Of a DNA stretch of 64,000 nucleotides, positions 28,356 through 38,389 are shown one piece after another; position 1 is the first letter of the stretch, and every line of letters begins with the position of its first letter. Position numbers and translations under genes: made by a program. The notes beneath the pieces were generated by a model. That model did no database searches, was not told where the DNA came from, and worked only from the letters and a program-made list of their open reading frames with translations. The stretch is from the NCBI GenBank assembly GCA_034660175.1, contig JAYEIQ010000009.1:9726-73725 (forward strand), given 5' to 3'. Source of the stretch: Patescibacteria group bacterium. Lineage in GTDB: Bacteria > Patescibacteriota > Minisyncoccia > Moranbacterales > DUUL01.

Positions 28356-28901
28356 CTAAAAAGGTGTATCAAAATCACTAAATGTTGGTAGAATTTTGTC
28401 CTTTTCTGAAAGAATTGGATTTTCCGTTGGCCAGTCGATGTTTAAAACAGAGTCATTCCAGATGATTCCGCTGTCACTTTCTGGAGCATAGAAGCCATCA
28501 ACTTTATATACGAATTCTGTATTCTTTTCAAGTGTGCACATGCTGTGAGCAAATCCTCTGGGAACAAAAAGCATTTTTTTGTTTTCTGCGCTCAACTCAA
28601 AGCTTTCCCACTTTCCAAATGTTGGAGAGTTTTTTCTGATATCGACAATAACATCCGATACTGATCCGCGTGTGACTTGAACCAATTTTGCTTGGGCATG
28701 AGGTGGTTTTTGAAAATGAAGTCCTCTCAAAACTCCTTTTTCGACAGACAAGGAGTGGTTATCTTGAACAAAATCTGCATTAATTCCGTTTTGTGCGAAA
28801 AGCTTTTTCGAATATGTTTCCATAAAGAAACCCCGTCTGTCCTCAAATACTTTTGGTTCAATGAGGACTGCATCTTGAAGTGTTGTTTTTTTGAATGTCA
28901 T
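28356..28901 (-). CDS. rmlC: dTDP-4-dehydrorhamnose 3,5-epimerase
   Basis: RGFFMETYS and cupin region; 181 aa. Confidence 0.85.
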   Translation of the reverse strand: MTFKKTTLQDAVLIEPKVFEDRRGFFMETYSKKLFAQNGINADFVQDNHSLSVEKGVLRGLHFQKPPHAQAKLVQVTRGSVSDVIVDIRKNSPTFGKWESFELSAENKKMLFVPRGFAHSMCTLEKNTEFVYKVDGFYAPESDSGIIWNDSVLNIDWPTENPILSEKDKILPTFSDFDTPF

Positions 28902-28988
28902 TACTTGATGCTAAATTTGTTGTGTTCTAAGAGTAGCACTTTACTTATAATTTTAAAACATAAATCAAGTACGTTTAGCAATGTCTGC

Positions 28989-30737
28989 TCAAAAAAGATC
29001 TTTCCAATAAACTCGAGGTTTTCTTCCTGGTTTTTGTTTCTTGGTGGTTGTGTCTGTTGTGCCTGTGTTGGTGTTTTCTTGAGGATCTTTTTTATTTTCC
29101 AATTGAACGGTTTGAAAATCTTTTATTCTCCAGAGCACTATTCTGCCAAAATGTTCCGGGTTGTCTTCTAGAGAAATCTTATAATTTTGCTCAAATTTTT
29201 CATCAATAATATATTGTGCATCCTTGGAGTCTTTCTCGATTACAAAAAACATACAATTATTGGGATGCTTGGATAATGTTTTGCTCACTCTTTTGATTGG
29301 GTAGTTGGGATAGCAATGACGGTGGATATACTTGTACGCACTTGCGAACGGTGACTCTGCGTTAAAACAGACAATCTTATTTTCTTGTTCAGCTCTAGTT
29401 TTCATGTGGCTTATTGTTTTTGTCATGTTGCTAAGTGTAATTAAATCTTTTTGTTGCAATGTTGTACTTGTCCAAGTTCTTTTCAGGAAATACGCTTGTT
29501 TTTGAATTGCTAAACTTTTATACCAATTAATTATCGCAGTAGTATTTGCGATCACTAAAAGAAGAGTAAGAACGAATACGAGAGATCTTCCTGTGGCTTT
29601 GTTTTTCATTTCCCACAAAACCGAGAAGAAGAATGCAAGAAAAATGAAAGGAAGATGAAAAGATGGAAACCAGAATCTTGTTCTGTTTATATCAAATGCA
29701 AGCTTGAGATGAATAAACAAAAAAACCAAAAACCAACAAAGAACGAGTCCAATAAAAGGATGCCAAAACAGCTTACCTTTTTTTGTGGATAGTTTGTTTC
29801 TGCGATATGCGATACTTCCAATGCCTATTAAAAAAATTACATCTCCAAGAAAATAAGCTTTGCTAAACTCATCGTCAACAAATGAAGTGAGGGTGAAGGT
29901 ATAGTATTTTCCGTACATCTCTCCAGTTTTGATCAATGAGCGGTTCAGTGGTCTTTCTTTTGCGCGATTTGTGAGGGCGTATTGAAAGTTTTTTAAATTG
30001 TTTCCATTGTTTTTGATATCACTTAAAAAAACCGGAGAATACATGATAAGTAAAATTGCAATAGCACTCACCCAGAACTTCCAGCAAATTTTTTTTGGTG
30101 GGTAAAAAATCCAAAATAAAATGGCAACAAATGGATAACCAAGCAAAGCCAAAAAGTGAAGTTGACTGACAATTCCATAAGAAAATGCTGACAAAATCAG
30201 CCACCACCCAGCTTTGTTTGTTGACGTGGAAGATTTGTATATACCGAGCAAGAATGAAAGTCCCCAAAAAGGAATAGAATTTGGATTCCAAGAAAAGCGT
30301 GAATACTGGGCCAGCACATAAGAAGAAGCATATATTGAAGATACAAGCAAACTAACTCCTTTATGAAAAAATTGGCGAAGAAGTAAATAAAAAAGAGGAA
30401 TAGAAAGAAGAAGAAATGCTAAGTTGCTATATGCAAATGTGGGTGGATGAAGATTGCCTGTAATTTTGGTTGTCAGAAACTGAATATAAAGATAAGCTGG
30501 TCCAAGAAAAAGATCAGTTCCTCCGGCTCTTGGTCCCAGAAGAGGAAGTTCGCTTGGTCCGTTTTCAAATGCCGCACTTATTGCATTAGCATCTCGTGCT
30601 TGGTCAGATTTAAAATAGAGCCAATCGTGGAGATTATACGAACGAACTAAAAAAGCAAGAATAATAAGTAATCCCAAAGCCCATATATCCCATCTTTTTT
30701 TAAAATGAAGGTTTGTTTTTATTTTTTTGAATGTCAT
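28989..30737 (-). CDS. GT-C membrane glycosyltransferase, GT39/ArnT/PMT-like, paralog A
   Basis: N-terminal transmembrane helix plus FKSDQARDA..LLGPRAGGT loop, more than 10 transmembrane helices, C-terminal soluble domain, K/T-rich linker ending RVYWKDLF. Confidence 0.7.
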   Translation of the reverse strand: MTFKKIKTNLHFKKRWDIWALGLLIILAFLVRSYNLHDWLYFKSDQARDANAISAAFENGPSELPLLGPRAGGTDLFLGPAYLYIQFLTTKITGNLHPPTFAYSNLAFLLLSIPLFYLLLRQFFHKGVSLLVSSIYASSYVLAQYSRFSWNPNSIPFWGLSFLLGIYKSSTSTNKAGWWLILSAFSYGIVSQLHFLALLGYPFVAILFWIFYPPKKICWKFWVSAIAILLIMYSPVFLSDIKNNGNNLKNFQYALTNRAKERPLNRSLIKTGEMYGKYYTFTLTSFVDDEFSKAYFLGDVIFLIGIGSIAYRRNKLSTKKGKLFWHPFIGLVLCWFLVFLFIHLKLAFDINRTRFWFPSFHLPFIFLAFFFSVLWEMKNKATGRSLVFVLTLLLVIANTTAIINWYKSLAIQKQAYFLKRTWTSTTLQQKDLITLSNMTKTISHMKTRAEQENKIVCFNAESPFASAYKYIHRHCYPNYPIKRVSKTLSKHPNNCMFFVIEKDSKDAQYIIDEKFEQNYKISLEDNPEHFGRIVLWRIKDFQTVQLENKKDPQENTNTGTTDTTTKKQKPGRKPRVYWKDLF

Positions 30738-30854
30738 TTTGTTGATAATACTGATTTTTATATAACAAGAATAACATTTTGTGAAGATATTTTGAAGTTC
30801 TTTGTCAGCAAAAAAGAAGTTTTTTGGGCTTCTTTCTTTTCTTGAATTGTGTGA

Positions 30855-32255
30855 TCATTCCAGTTCCCAGTCCATATTCAGTTGGATCTCGTGTTTTTCG
30901 GCCTCTTTATTTTTGCGAGTGATCAGGATCATTCCTTTTGGGTTCTTGGTTCCTGATTGTTTTTGAATCAAAAGTCCATAGTCATCTTCTGTGAAATTTT
31001 CTGGCAGGTCATATATGAACTCAACAGTTTTGCTTTTTCCGAGTGGAACTCGAATCAAGCTTCCAAAGTATTTTTTTCCATTTTCTTTTCCAAACTTCAC
31101 ATCTGAAAGTTCTCTGGAATCAACAAGCCAACTGTTCTCGGAAACAAAAACGCGCAGATATGTTTGATAGTCAGTTATTTGCCAATCGCGAACGCTTCCC
31201 TTGTGCGAATATGTGATTGCAAGTTTTGCGCGAGGACGTTCTCTGTTGAAATCAACATAGTATTTAAATGATCGTCTCATGACTTGATCTGATTTGTATG
31301 CTGCCAAATTTGCATCCACTATCATCAGATAGTCTTTTTCTGTATTTTTCACTTCTCCGCTCCAGTTCAAATATGAGATTTGGTCTTGAAGTTCTTGGTT
31401 CTCGAAAAAGATCATCACATCTTTTTCATTGAGATGTTGCTCAATTTTTTCCACCAACTTTTTCTTCTTCGAAATGCTCATTTCCTGTGCTTTCTTGAGA
31501 ATCTCTCTTGCCATGTCTTTTATAATGTATTTTCTTTTGTCAATGTCTATATCTTGTTCCAAATATCCTTGCTCAACCTGAAATTGAAGTTTTGAAATAG
31601 CATTTTCACTGTTGTATTCTCCTTCATATCTTTCAATAGTTATTGGACCAGTTACTTCAAGGAAAGATGAAAGAATTTCAGTTGACACGGCAATTACACC
31701 ATCCAGCTCTTCTTGACCGCCTTGAAGATGATAGAAAAAGTCAGCCTTCTTGGCGTTTGTTGGAAAGTCAGCGGACCAATTACTGTCACGCAACTCCCAG
31801 TCTTTGATTGTAAGAGTTTTTGACATTGGAAAGGGTGGTTCAATTCCAGTTTCGACTACATTGTCAAAGACTGTAGTGTCATGGGTATCAACAAAAGTCA
31901 CAGAATTGTTTTTCACCTTGAGGATTCCGAATGTTCCAATGAATCCTCCTCCAGGACGAAGCTCATGATTATTTTGGAAAAGAATCAAAAAAGTTTTCTC
32001 TTCCTCGCCAGCTATAAGTGGGATTATTTCAAAAATAACACTCAATTCTTCTTTTTGTTGGTTTGTTACTGGAAGAACTTTGACAACTGGCTTGATGAAG
32101 CCAATCATTCCAATCAATCCATGATGTTTGTATTGCCAGAAAGCAGTCCAGCCAATCAAAAACAGGATTGAAATTCCCCAAAAGGCTACCCAGAATTTCC
32201 AGGATTGTTGTCTCTTTTTCTTTGTCATGGTGATTTGTTCTTCTATCCTTGCCAT
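30855..32255 (-). CDS. DUF4012 domain membrane-anchored protein
   Basis: Single transmembrane anchor and hallmark LRPGGGFIGTFG motif. Confidence 0.7.
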   Translation of the reverse strand: MARIEEQITMTKKKRQQSWKFWVAFWGISILFLIGWTAFWQYKHHGLIGMIGFIKPVVKVLPVTNQQKEELSVIFEIIPLIAGEEEKTFLILFQNNHELRPGGGFIGTFGILKVKNNSVTFVDTHDTTVFDNVVETGIEPPFPMSKTLTIKDWELRDSNWSADFPTNAKKADFFYHLQGGQEELDGVIAVSTEILSSFLEVTGPITIERYEGEYNSENAISKLQFQVEQGYLEQDIDIDKRKYIIKDMAREILKKAQEMSISKKKKLVEKIEQHLNEKDVMIFFENQELQDQISYLNWSGEVKNTEKDYLMIVDANLAAYKSDQVMRRSFKYYVDFNRERPRAKLAITYSHKGSVRDWQITDYQTYLRVFVSENSWLVDSRELSDVKFGKENGKKYFGSLIRVPLGKSKTVEFIYDLPENFTEDDYGLLIQKQSGTKNPKGMILITRKNKEAEKHEIQLNMDWELE

Positions 32256-32332
32256 TGTGTAAATGTTATGTTTATTCTTTTGCTTACCGCAAGAAATTAT
32301 TCATGTTTTTAACTGATTATTTTCGCACATTG

Positions 32333-33871
32333 TTACTGAAAACGCAACCTTGTTTCTGTGAGTCCAAACACCACTGTTTTCTTTTGCAGATTGAAACCAA
32401 CTGCATATAGTAGCCAAAAAACAATTGCTGCTGGACCAAAGAAAAGCGAGTTTGAGGTCATTGCTAAAAAAACAAATTCAACAAAAATTGCAATGATGAC
32501 GATGAGCCACATGCGGTTGCTGTCATCGGATGTCAAATATGAACTGCGCAACTGCCTGAAATATTGAATTAAAATGCCAAACAAAACTGCCAAACCAATC
32601 ATCCCGAATGTGTTCCAGATCAACAAAAAAGAGTTGTAGATTTGCTTTCCACTGTTGGTTGTGTTTGTTTTTTCTATTCTCCATCCATTTCCCCAAAACC
32701 AATTTGATTTAATTTGTCCGAAATCAGAGAGCCATTGAGAAATGTTGTGTTCTGATTGGGCGGTGATTGAAGAAAAAAATGAAGGCACAACAAGTGTGAG
32801 TGAAACGAGAATTACAATGGAAATGGAAATGAGTGTTTTTTCTCGGAGCAATACTGCGATTACAAAAGTGCCAACCGAAAGAATGACAAGTGAAACATAG
32901 GAAAAAGTTAAAACGAGGGCAACTATTTGAATTGTCAAAGCTCCAACTAAGAAAACTTTTGGGGTGAAAAATGATCGGGTCTTTTCAAAAAATGTTGTTT
33001 TGTTGGAGCTTTCAAGGATGCTGATCCAATATTTTTTTTGTTGTTTGGTGTGAATGGAATCAAAGAGTTGAAAAGATGGCACTTTTAGTTCCTGGGCTTT
33101 TTTCTTTGAATATTTTTTCAAAGAAAGCAAAAGTCCTATATTTAGGGGTATGGAAATCAGCAAAAATGGCGCAAGTGCATTTTCTCCCACCTTAAGAAGA
33201 TATCCATTTCCCAAAAAACCATTGATTTGGTGCTGAATCAAATTGTCGGAAAAAAGCTGAAAAGTCCCTGCGGTGATTCCCATTCCAGTTGGGCTTTGCC
33301 ATCCGAGGATTAGTGATGTGATTCCAAAAAGAGAATGGGCAACACCAATTGAAACAAGAAGGACAAAAAATCTTTCAATTCTTTTTTTTGTTTGAAAAAA
33401 ATGTTGGAAACTTATCATGGTGGTCAAAACCAAAATAAAAAGTGCAGTGAAAATAAAAATTTCAGGATTGATGCTGAGATCGAAAAAATATCCGAAAACT
33501 GAAATGCTGACGCCAATCAAGATCAACAAGAAAAACAAAAAATAGAGTTTCGTTGCTTTCATTTTCACATTTCCAGTCACAATGTGAACAAGACCAACAA
33601 GCGCAAGGATTGTCAAGAGTACTTCATAGATCGAGGTCGAGCCATTTCCAATTTTCGTTGCTGGAATAAGGGCAAGCAAAGCGAACAAAAAAAGCCATCC
33701 GCGAGAAAAACTGTTTTGAAAGATTGCAATGGCGATGATCAGAGTCAGGGAAAGAAGTGCTGCGTTGAAATTGAGTGTGGTCACCAAAATCAAAACAAAA
33801 GCAGCCACGCCAATAATTATTGAAATGAGGGATTCTTCGAACATTTCTTTTGTGAAATGTAAAAACTTCAA
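32333..33871 (-). CDS. Polytopic membrane protein, O-antigen ligase/polymerase-like (Wzy/WaaL-type)
   Basis: About 12 transmembrane helices with one large hydrophilic loop; context in glycan locus. No sharp motif. Confidence 0.4.
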   Translation of the reverse strand: MKFLHFTKEMFEESLISIIIGVAAFVLILVTTLNFNAALLSLTLIIAIAIFQNSFSRGWLFLFALLALIPATKIGNGSTSIYEVLLTILALVGLVHIVTGNVKMKATKLYFLFFLLILIGVSISVFGYFFDLSINPEIFIFTALFILVLTTMISFQHFFQTKKRIERFFVLLVSIGVAHSLFGITSLILGWQSPTGMGITAGTFQLFSDNLIQHQINGFLGNGYLLKVGENALAPFLLISIPLNIGLLLSLKKYSKKKAQELKVPSFQLFDSIHTKQQKKYWISILESSNKTTFFEKTRSFFTPKVFLVGALTIQIVALVLTFSYVSLVILSVGTFVIAVLLREKTLISISIVILVSLTLVVPSFFSSITAQSEHNISQWLSDFGQIKSNWFWGNGWRIEKTNTTNSGKQIYNSFLLIWNTFGMIGLAVLFGILIQYFRQLRSSYLTSDDSNRMWLIVIIAIFVEFVFLAMTSNSLFFGPAAIVFWLLYAVGFNLQKKTVVFGLTETRLRFQ

Positions 33872-34016
33872 GCTGTTTGTTGAGATTTAGTTATTCCGAA
33901 GATAATAGCACAAAAAATAGACTTTGTCCAGGATTTATGTTGATCAAGACTTGCTTTGATTGAGTTATAGGATTAGTATTTTTATATTGAAAAAAATTAA
34001 CAAAAAACACATTAAG

Positions 34017-35303
34017 ATGAAAAACGAAAAAAAGACAATTGCAATTGTTGGTCTTGGTTATGTTGGATTGCCGTTGGCACTTCGTTGCGTTGAGCGCGGA
34101 TATGAAGTTTTTGGAATTGATTTGGATAAGAAAAAAAATGAGCAAATAATAAAAGGAAAAAGTCCGCTCAAGGAAGATTTCATTGAGCAAAGAAAGGATC
34201 TTTTGAAAAAAATAAAAGTTTCTGTAAGCGGATCACCAATTAAACGCGCTGACATTGCAATTATTTGTGTTCCTACTCCTGTTGATGAAACTTTTTTCCC
34301 AGACTTAACTCCAGTCAAGTCTGCCACAGGGATGATCATTAAAAATCACAAAAAAGGACAGTTAGTGATCGTTGAGTCAACGATCAACCCTGGAGTTTGT
34401 GAGGAAGTTGTGGAGCCACTCTTTGCTGAAGCTGGATTGAATCATGGACGAGATTTTCATTTGGCTCATTGTCCAGAAAGAATCGATCCAGGAAATAAAA
34501 AGTGGGACGTGACAAATATTCCAAGAGTTGTTGGTTCCATGTCAAGTATAGGATTGAAAATTGCAAAGGAGTTCTATGAAACGATTATTGATGGAGAGAT
34601 CAAATCTATGAAATCAATTCGTGAGGCGGAGGCTGTAAAGGTTGTTGAAAATTCTTTTCGAGACATAAATATTGCGTTTGTGAATGAGTTGGCACAAAGT
34701 TTTGATCAAATGGATATCGATGTGAAGAATGTGATTGATGGTGCGGCAACAAAACCCTTTGCTTTCATGCCACACTATCCTTCCCGGGGCGTTGGTGGTC
34801 ATTGCATTCCAGTGGATCCATATTATCTTATTGAACGTGCGAAAAAAGCAGGTTTTGATCATAGATTTTTGCGTAGTGCGCGGGAGGTGAACAATCATAT
34901 GCCTCGATACACTGTTGAGATTTTGCAAGATGTGCTTAATGATGCAAGATTGGCTGTGCGAGGAACTGCAATTGGAGTGATGGGTCTTTCGTATAAAGCA
35001 AACATTGATGATCTGCGTGAATCTCCCGCTGTCAAGATCATCGCTGAGCTTGAAAAGAAAAAAGCAAAAGTTCTGACTTTTGATCCGTACATCAAATCTA
35101 TGTCGAACGTGAAAACTATTGTTGCTTTTCTGAAGAGATCAACAGCCTTGATCTTAGTCACCAATCATCAACAATTTTTGGACTTGGATCCAAAAGAATT
35201 TAAAAAAGCTGGTGTGAAAGTGATTGTTGATGGGATGAACTGCTTGGATGGTGCAAAAATAAAGCGTTTGGGAATAAAATATCATGGTATTGGAAGAAAA
35301 TAA
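34017..35303 (+). CDS. Nucleotide-sugar dehydrogenase (UDP-glucose/GDP-mannose dehydrogenase family)
   Basis: IAIVGLGYVGLPLA NAD-binding fold and catalytic Cys region GGHCIPVDP. ATG at 34017; the ORF-track start is a TTG at 33960. Confidence 0.85.
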   Translation: MKNEKKTIAIVGLGYVGLPLALRCVERGYEVFGIDLDKKKNEQIIKGKSPLKEDFIEQRKDLLKKIKVSVSGSPIKRADIAIICVPTPVDETFFPDLTPVKSATGMIIKNHKKGQLVIVESTINPGVCEEVVEPLFAEAGLNHGRDFHLAHCPERIDPGNKKWDVTNIPRVVGSMSSIGLKIAKEFYETIIDGEIKSMKSIREAEAVKVVENSFRDINIAFVNELAQSFDQMDIDVKNVIDGAATKPFAFMPHYPSRGVGGHCIPVDPYYLIERAKKAGFDHRFLRSAREVNNHMPRYTVEILQDVLNDARLAVRGTAIGVMGLSYKANIDDLRESPAVKIIAELEKKKAKVLTFDPYIKSMSNVKTIVAFLKRSTALILVTNHQQFLDLDPKEFKKAGVKVIVDGMNCLDGAKIKRLGIKYHGIGRK

Positions 35304-35806
35304 CTGTCATTCGATATATTTTTTCATATCAAAAGAGATTCGCGATGTTTCTGCGAATCATTTTTCCTTTATAGCGTTCTGTTGACAAGAAGTTCAATGA
35401 GGATCTTGTCTACTCGCTTGAGAGTTTTCTTGGTCTCAGGGTTGATGTTATTGTAAATGACATTTGTCTAGTGTTTGCCGGTGGAATCAAGAACGTCTTG
35501 TTTTGTTTTTTCATTCAAGATCGTATGAGACTAAAATGCCTGGTAAGTTCTTTCAGCTTTTCTGTTGTTGCTTCGTTGTGGAAAAGTTTTTCTTCTTGTG
35601 CCTTTATTTTGAATTGAAGCGAAACAATCGTTTTTTCACAATATATTAATATATTCTCGCCTTGTTGATTTCATCTATGACCTCATCTTTTGTGAGAAGG
35701 TCTTGCAAAGAACATTTATGTTTTCTGGAAAAGCGAATGAAATTGACTGAAAATAGCGCAACCTGAATGTACCGAAGTACAGCACGTATTATGAGATTTG
35801 TCAAGA

Positions 35807-35835
35807 TTGTAAAAAAGGCCAATTTGGGCTATTAT
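35807..35835 (+). promoter_or_regulatory. Sigma70-like promoter (TTGTAA-17-TATTAT) upstream of the GtrB-like GT2
   Basis: Hexamers with 17-nt spacer lie 93 nt before the ATG at 35928, inside a 624-bp non-coding gap. Confidence 0.3.
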
Positions 35836-35927
35836 AAAAGAGAATTTATAAGAAGTTAGTTGGGTATATTGAGCTGAAATTATATCTTTGGTTTGTTTTA
35901 TTTTTAAGGGATTATTAACTATTCTCA

Positions 35928-36938
35928 ATGAAATTGATTGTAAACATTCCGGCATATAATGAGGAAGAAAAAATTGAAGAAACAATAAAGCGTATCAAAA
36001 AAAGCTTTGAGGCGGATTTTTATGTTTCAGGCAAGGGATCGAAAATATCTGAAAAGCTGGTTCAGGTCGTGGACGATGGTTCCACCGATCGAACCACTGA
36101 AATAGCAAAAAAAGCAGGTGCAGATTTGTTGGTATCTTACAAACCAAATCGTCGACTTGCATATTCTTTTAAAAGAGCCGTTGAAAATTCTCTTGCGAAT
36201 GCTACAGATTTAATGGTAAACATCGATGCTGATGGTCAATTTGATCCGAATGACATTCCAAAATTACTCTACCCTATTCTTTCAGGTAAGACAGACATGG
36301 TTGTTGCAAGCAGATTTGGAAAGCATGAGGCAAAGAACATGCCGTGGATTAAAAGTTTTTTAAATAGATTTGCAGCCAGAATGATTGGCTTTTTCTTGAA
36401 TCATAAAATAGATGATCTCACATGTGGTTTTCGAGCGCATAACCAAGAAACTCTGTTGAGATTGAATTTGGCAAATGTTCATTTCACCTACACACAGGAG
36501 ACAATTATTGACGCTATTGGAAAGAATCTCAAGATCAAATGGGTTCCAGTCAAAGTTTCTTATTTCAACGATCGCGAGTCTAGAATCGTCAAATCCGTTT
36601 GGCAGTTTGTGGGTAATTCAGCGAAGATTATTCTCAGTGCAATCAGAGACGTTAGACCTTTGAAATTTTTTGGATGGCCAGCGCTAGCTTTGCTTGCAAT
36701 CGGTTTTGTTGTATTTTTGACTTTCTTGTTTAACTATCTGACAAATGATTTTCGGATCAGGCCATATTTGAACTATATTATTTTTGCATCAATTTCGATG
36801 TTGATAGGTGTTCAACTTCTCATTTTTGCTTTGATAGCAGATATGATAAAATCAAATAGACAGATGACTGAAGAAATGATGTATCGAACAAGGAAGGAGT
36901 TGGTCAATGCAGGTAAGAAAAAAACAGCAACTAATTAA
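35928..36938 (+). CDS. GT2 polyprenyl-phosphate glycosyltransferase (Dpm1/GtrB/CsbB-like) with two C-terminal transmembrane helices
   Basis: IPAYNEEEKI, VVDDGSTDRT and DADGQ motifs plus a C-terminal transmembrane hairpin typical of GtrB. Confidence 0.8.
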   Translation: MKLIVNIPAYNEEEKIEETIKRIKKSFEADFYVSGKGSKISEKLVQVVDDGSTDRTTEIAKKAGADLLVSYKPNRRLAYSFKRAVENSLANATDLMVNIDADGQFDPNDIPKLLYPILSGKTDMVVASRFGKHEAKNMPWIKSFLNRFAARMIGFFLNHKIDDLTCGFRAHNQETLLRLNLANVHFTYTQETIIDAIGKNLKIKWVPVKVSYFNDRESRIVKSVWQFVGNSAKIILSAIRDVRPLKFFGWPALALLAIGFVVFLTFLFNYLTNDFRIRPYLNYIIFASISMLIGVQLLIFALIADMIKSNRQMTEEMMYRTRKELVNAGKKKTATN

Positions 36939-36959
36939 TATATAAAAAATAAAAATAAA

Positions 36960-37184
36960 ATGAAAAAAAAGAAGAAAGAGGTTAAGGTGAGCATTGAAAA
37001 ATTGCGTTTTTTGCTGGCAATTTTGATTGTTGTCACCGGTGGAGCATTGATGTTATTCCTTTTGGAATCAGACATCTCCAGATATGTTCATAGAATTGAA
37101 GACTATGTTTTATTCCCAATTTCGATCATTTTGCTTGTCACGGGAATTGGCATTGTGGCCAAGAACGCAAGCGCATTCAAATAG
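36960..37184 (+). CDS. Small 2-transmembrane-helix membrane protein (hypothetical)
   Basis: 74 aa, K-rich N-terminus, two hydrophobic helices; sits between the GtrB-like GT2 and a GT4. Confidence 0.4.
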   Translation: MKKKKKEVKVSIEKLRFLLAILIVVTGGALMLFLLESDISRYVHRIEDYVLFPISIILLVTGIGIVAKNASAFK

Positions 37185-37265
37185 AATTTTGAAACAAGTT
37201 GAACTAACAGTAGTGAGGGGCTGTTTTTGTTTGTGTCAAAAACAATTTAAATTTAAGAAATATTC

Positions 37266-38375
37266 ATGCGAATTCTTTTTATTTCACACTCATATCCCCC
37301 AACGCTTGGAGGTGTTGAGACTCAGAACTACAATCTCTCAAAGGGGCTTTCTAAAATTGCCAAAGTGAACACAATCGCAAACACCAAGGGCAAAAAATGG
37401 CTTGGTGTTTTTTTGTTTTTTGCAACATTCAAGGCTTTTACATCCATGAAGAAGTTTGATGCTTGTCTTTTGGGCAGTGGTGTTGTTGCTCCTGTGGGAT
37501 GGTTTTTAAAAATTTTTCACAGAAAAAAGAAATTCTTTTGTATTGTTCACGGACTTGATGTGACTTATGCGAATCGTAAAGGAATTTTGCCATTTGTGTA
37601 TAAAAACGTGAATATTCGAGGGTTGAAAAAAATGTCTCATTTGTTTATGGTGGGAAATGCAACCATTGAAGAAGCAGTAAAGATTGGAATCAATCGAGAA
37701 AAGTGTACATTTATACCAAATGGAGTCAACCCAGATGAGTTGATTGAGAAGCATTCTCGACAAGAACTATCACAACTTTGCGGAAAAAATGTAAAAGAAA
37801 AGATTGTTATTTTGCGCCATGGAAGGTTTGTTTCACACAAAGGGACAAGTTGGTTTATCAGCGAGGTGATGCCACTTCTTGGTGAAAATGTTTTTTTGAT
37901 TGCTTCTGGAAATAGAGTTGGATCAAAAACGGCTGGAGACAAAGATGATTTTTTGCAATGCGAACAAGCTATTGTAGACAAACATCTTGAAAAAAGGGTC
38001 TGCCTTCTTCCTTGTTTGCCATGGAAGGACGTGTTGACGTTGTTTAACACTGTTGATATTGTTGTTTCGCCAAATGTGAAGATTCCAGGGACCATGGAGG
38101 GCTTTGGAATAAATGTAATCGAGGCTGGTGCCTGTGGAAGAGTTATTCTTGCATCAAATCTTGAAGGACTGGCAGATGCTGTGAAAGATGGGCAAAATGG
38201 ATTTTTAGTTGAGTCAGAAAACGTTTCACAATGGGTGGAGAAAATAAATGCAGTTATTGTAGCGAAAGATGATCTGAAAAGGATGTTTTCAATTCGAATC
38301 TCAAATTATGTTCAGGAGAATTTTAGTTGGAATAGAATTTGTGTTAGATATTTGGATGAGATGAAAAAATACTAA
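37266..38375 (+). CDS. Glycosyltransferase family 4
   Basis: MRILFISHSYPPTLGGVE N-terminus and C-terminal EGFGINVIEAGACGRVIL..DGQNGFLV. Confidence 0.75.
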   Translation: MRILFISHSYPPTLGGVETQNYNLSKGLSKIAKVNTIANTKGKKWLGVFLFFATFKAFTSMKKFDACLLGSGVVAPVGWFLKIFHRKKKFFCIVHGLDVTYANRKGILPFVYKNVNIRGLKKMSHLFMVGNATIEEAVKIGINREKCTFIPNGVNPDELIEKHSRQELSQLCGKNVKEKIVILRHGRFVSHKGTSWFISEVMPLLGENVFLIASGNRVGSKTAGDKDDFLQCEQAIVDKHLEKRVCLLPCLPWKDVLTLFNTVDIVVSPNVKIPGTMEGFGINVIEAGACGRVILASNLEGLADAVKDGQNGFLVESENVSQWVEKINAVIVAKDDLKRMFSIRISNYVQENFSWNRICVRYLDEMKKY

Positions 38376-38389
38376 AAACATAAGTTGCA

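Noticed and set aside
35716-35985. 89-aa minus-strand ORF overlapping the start of the GtrB-like gene
   Set aside because: Nonsense-like composition. It overlaps a well-supported plus-strand gene start and the promoter region.
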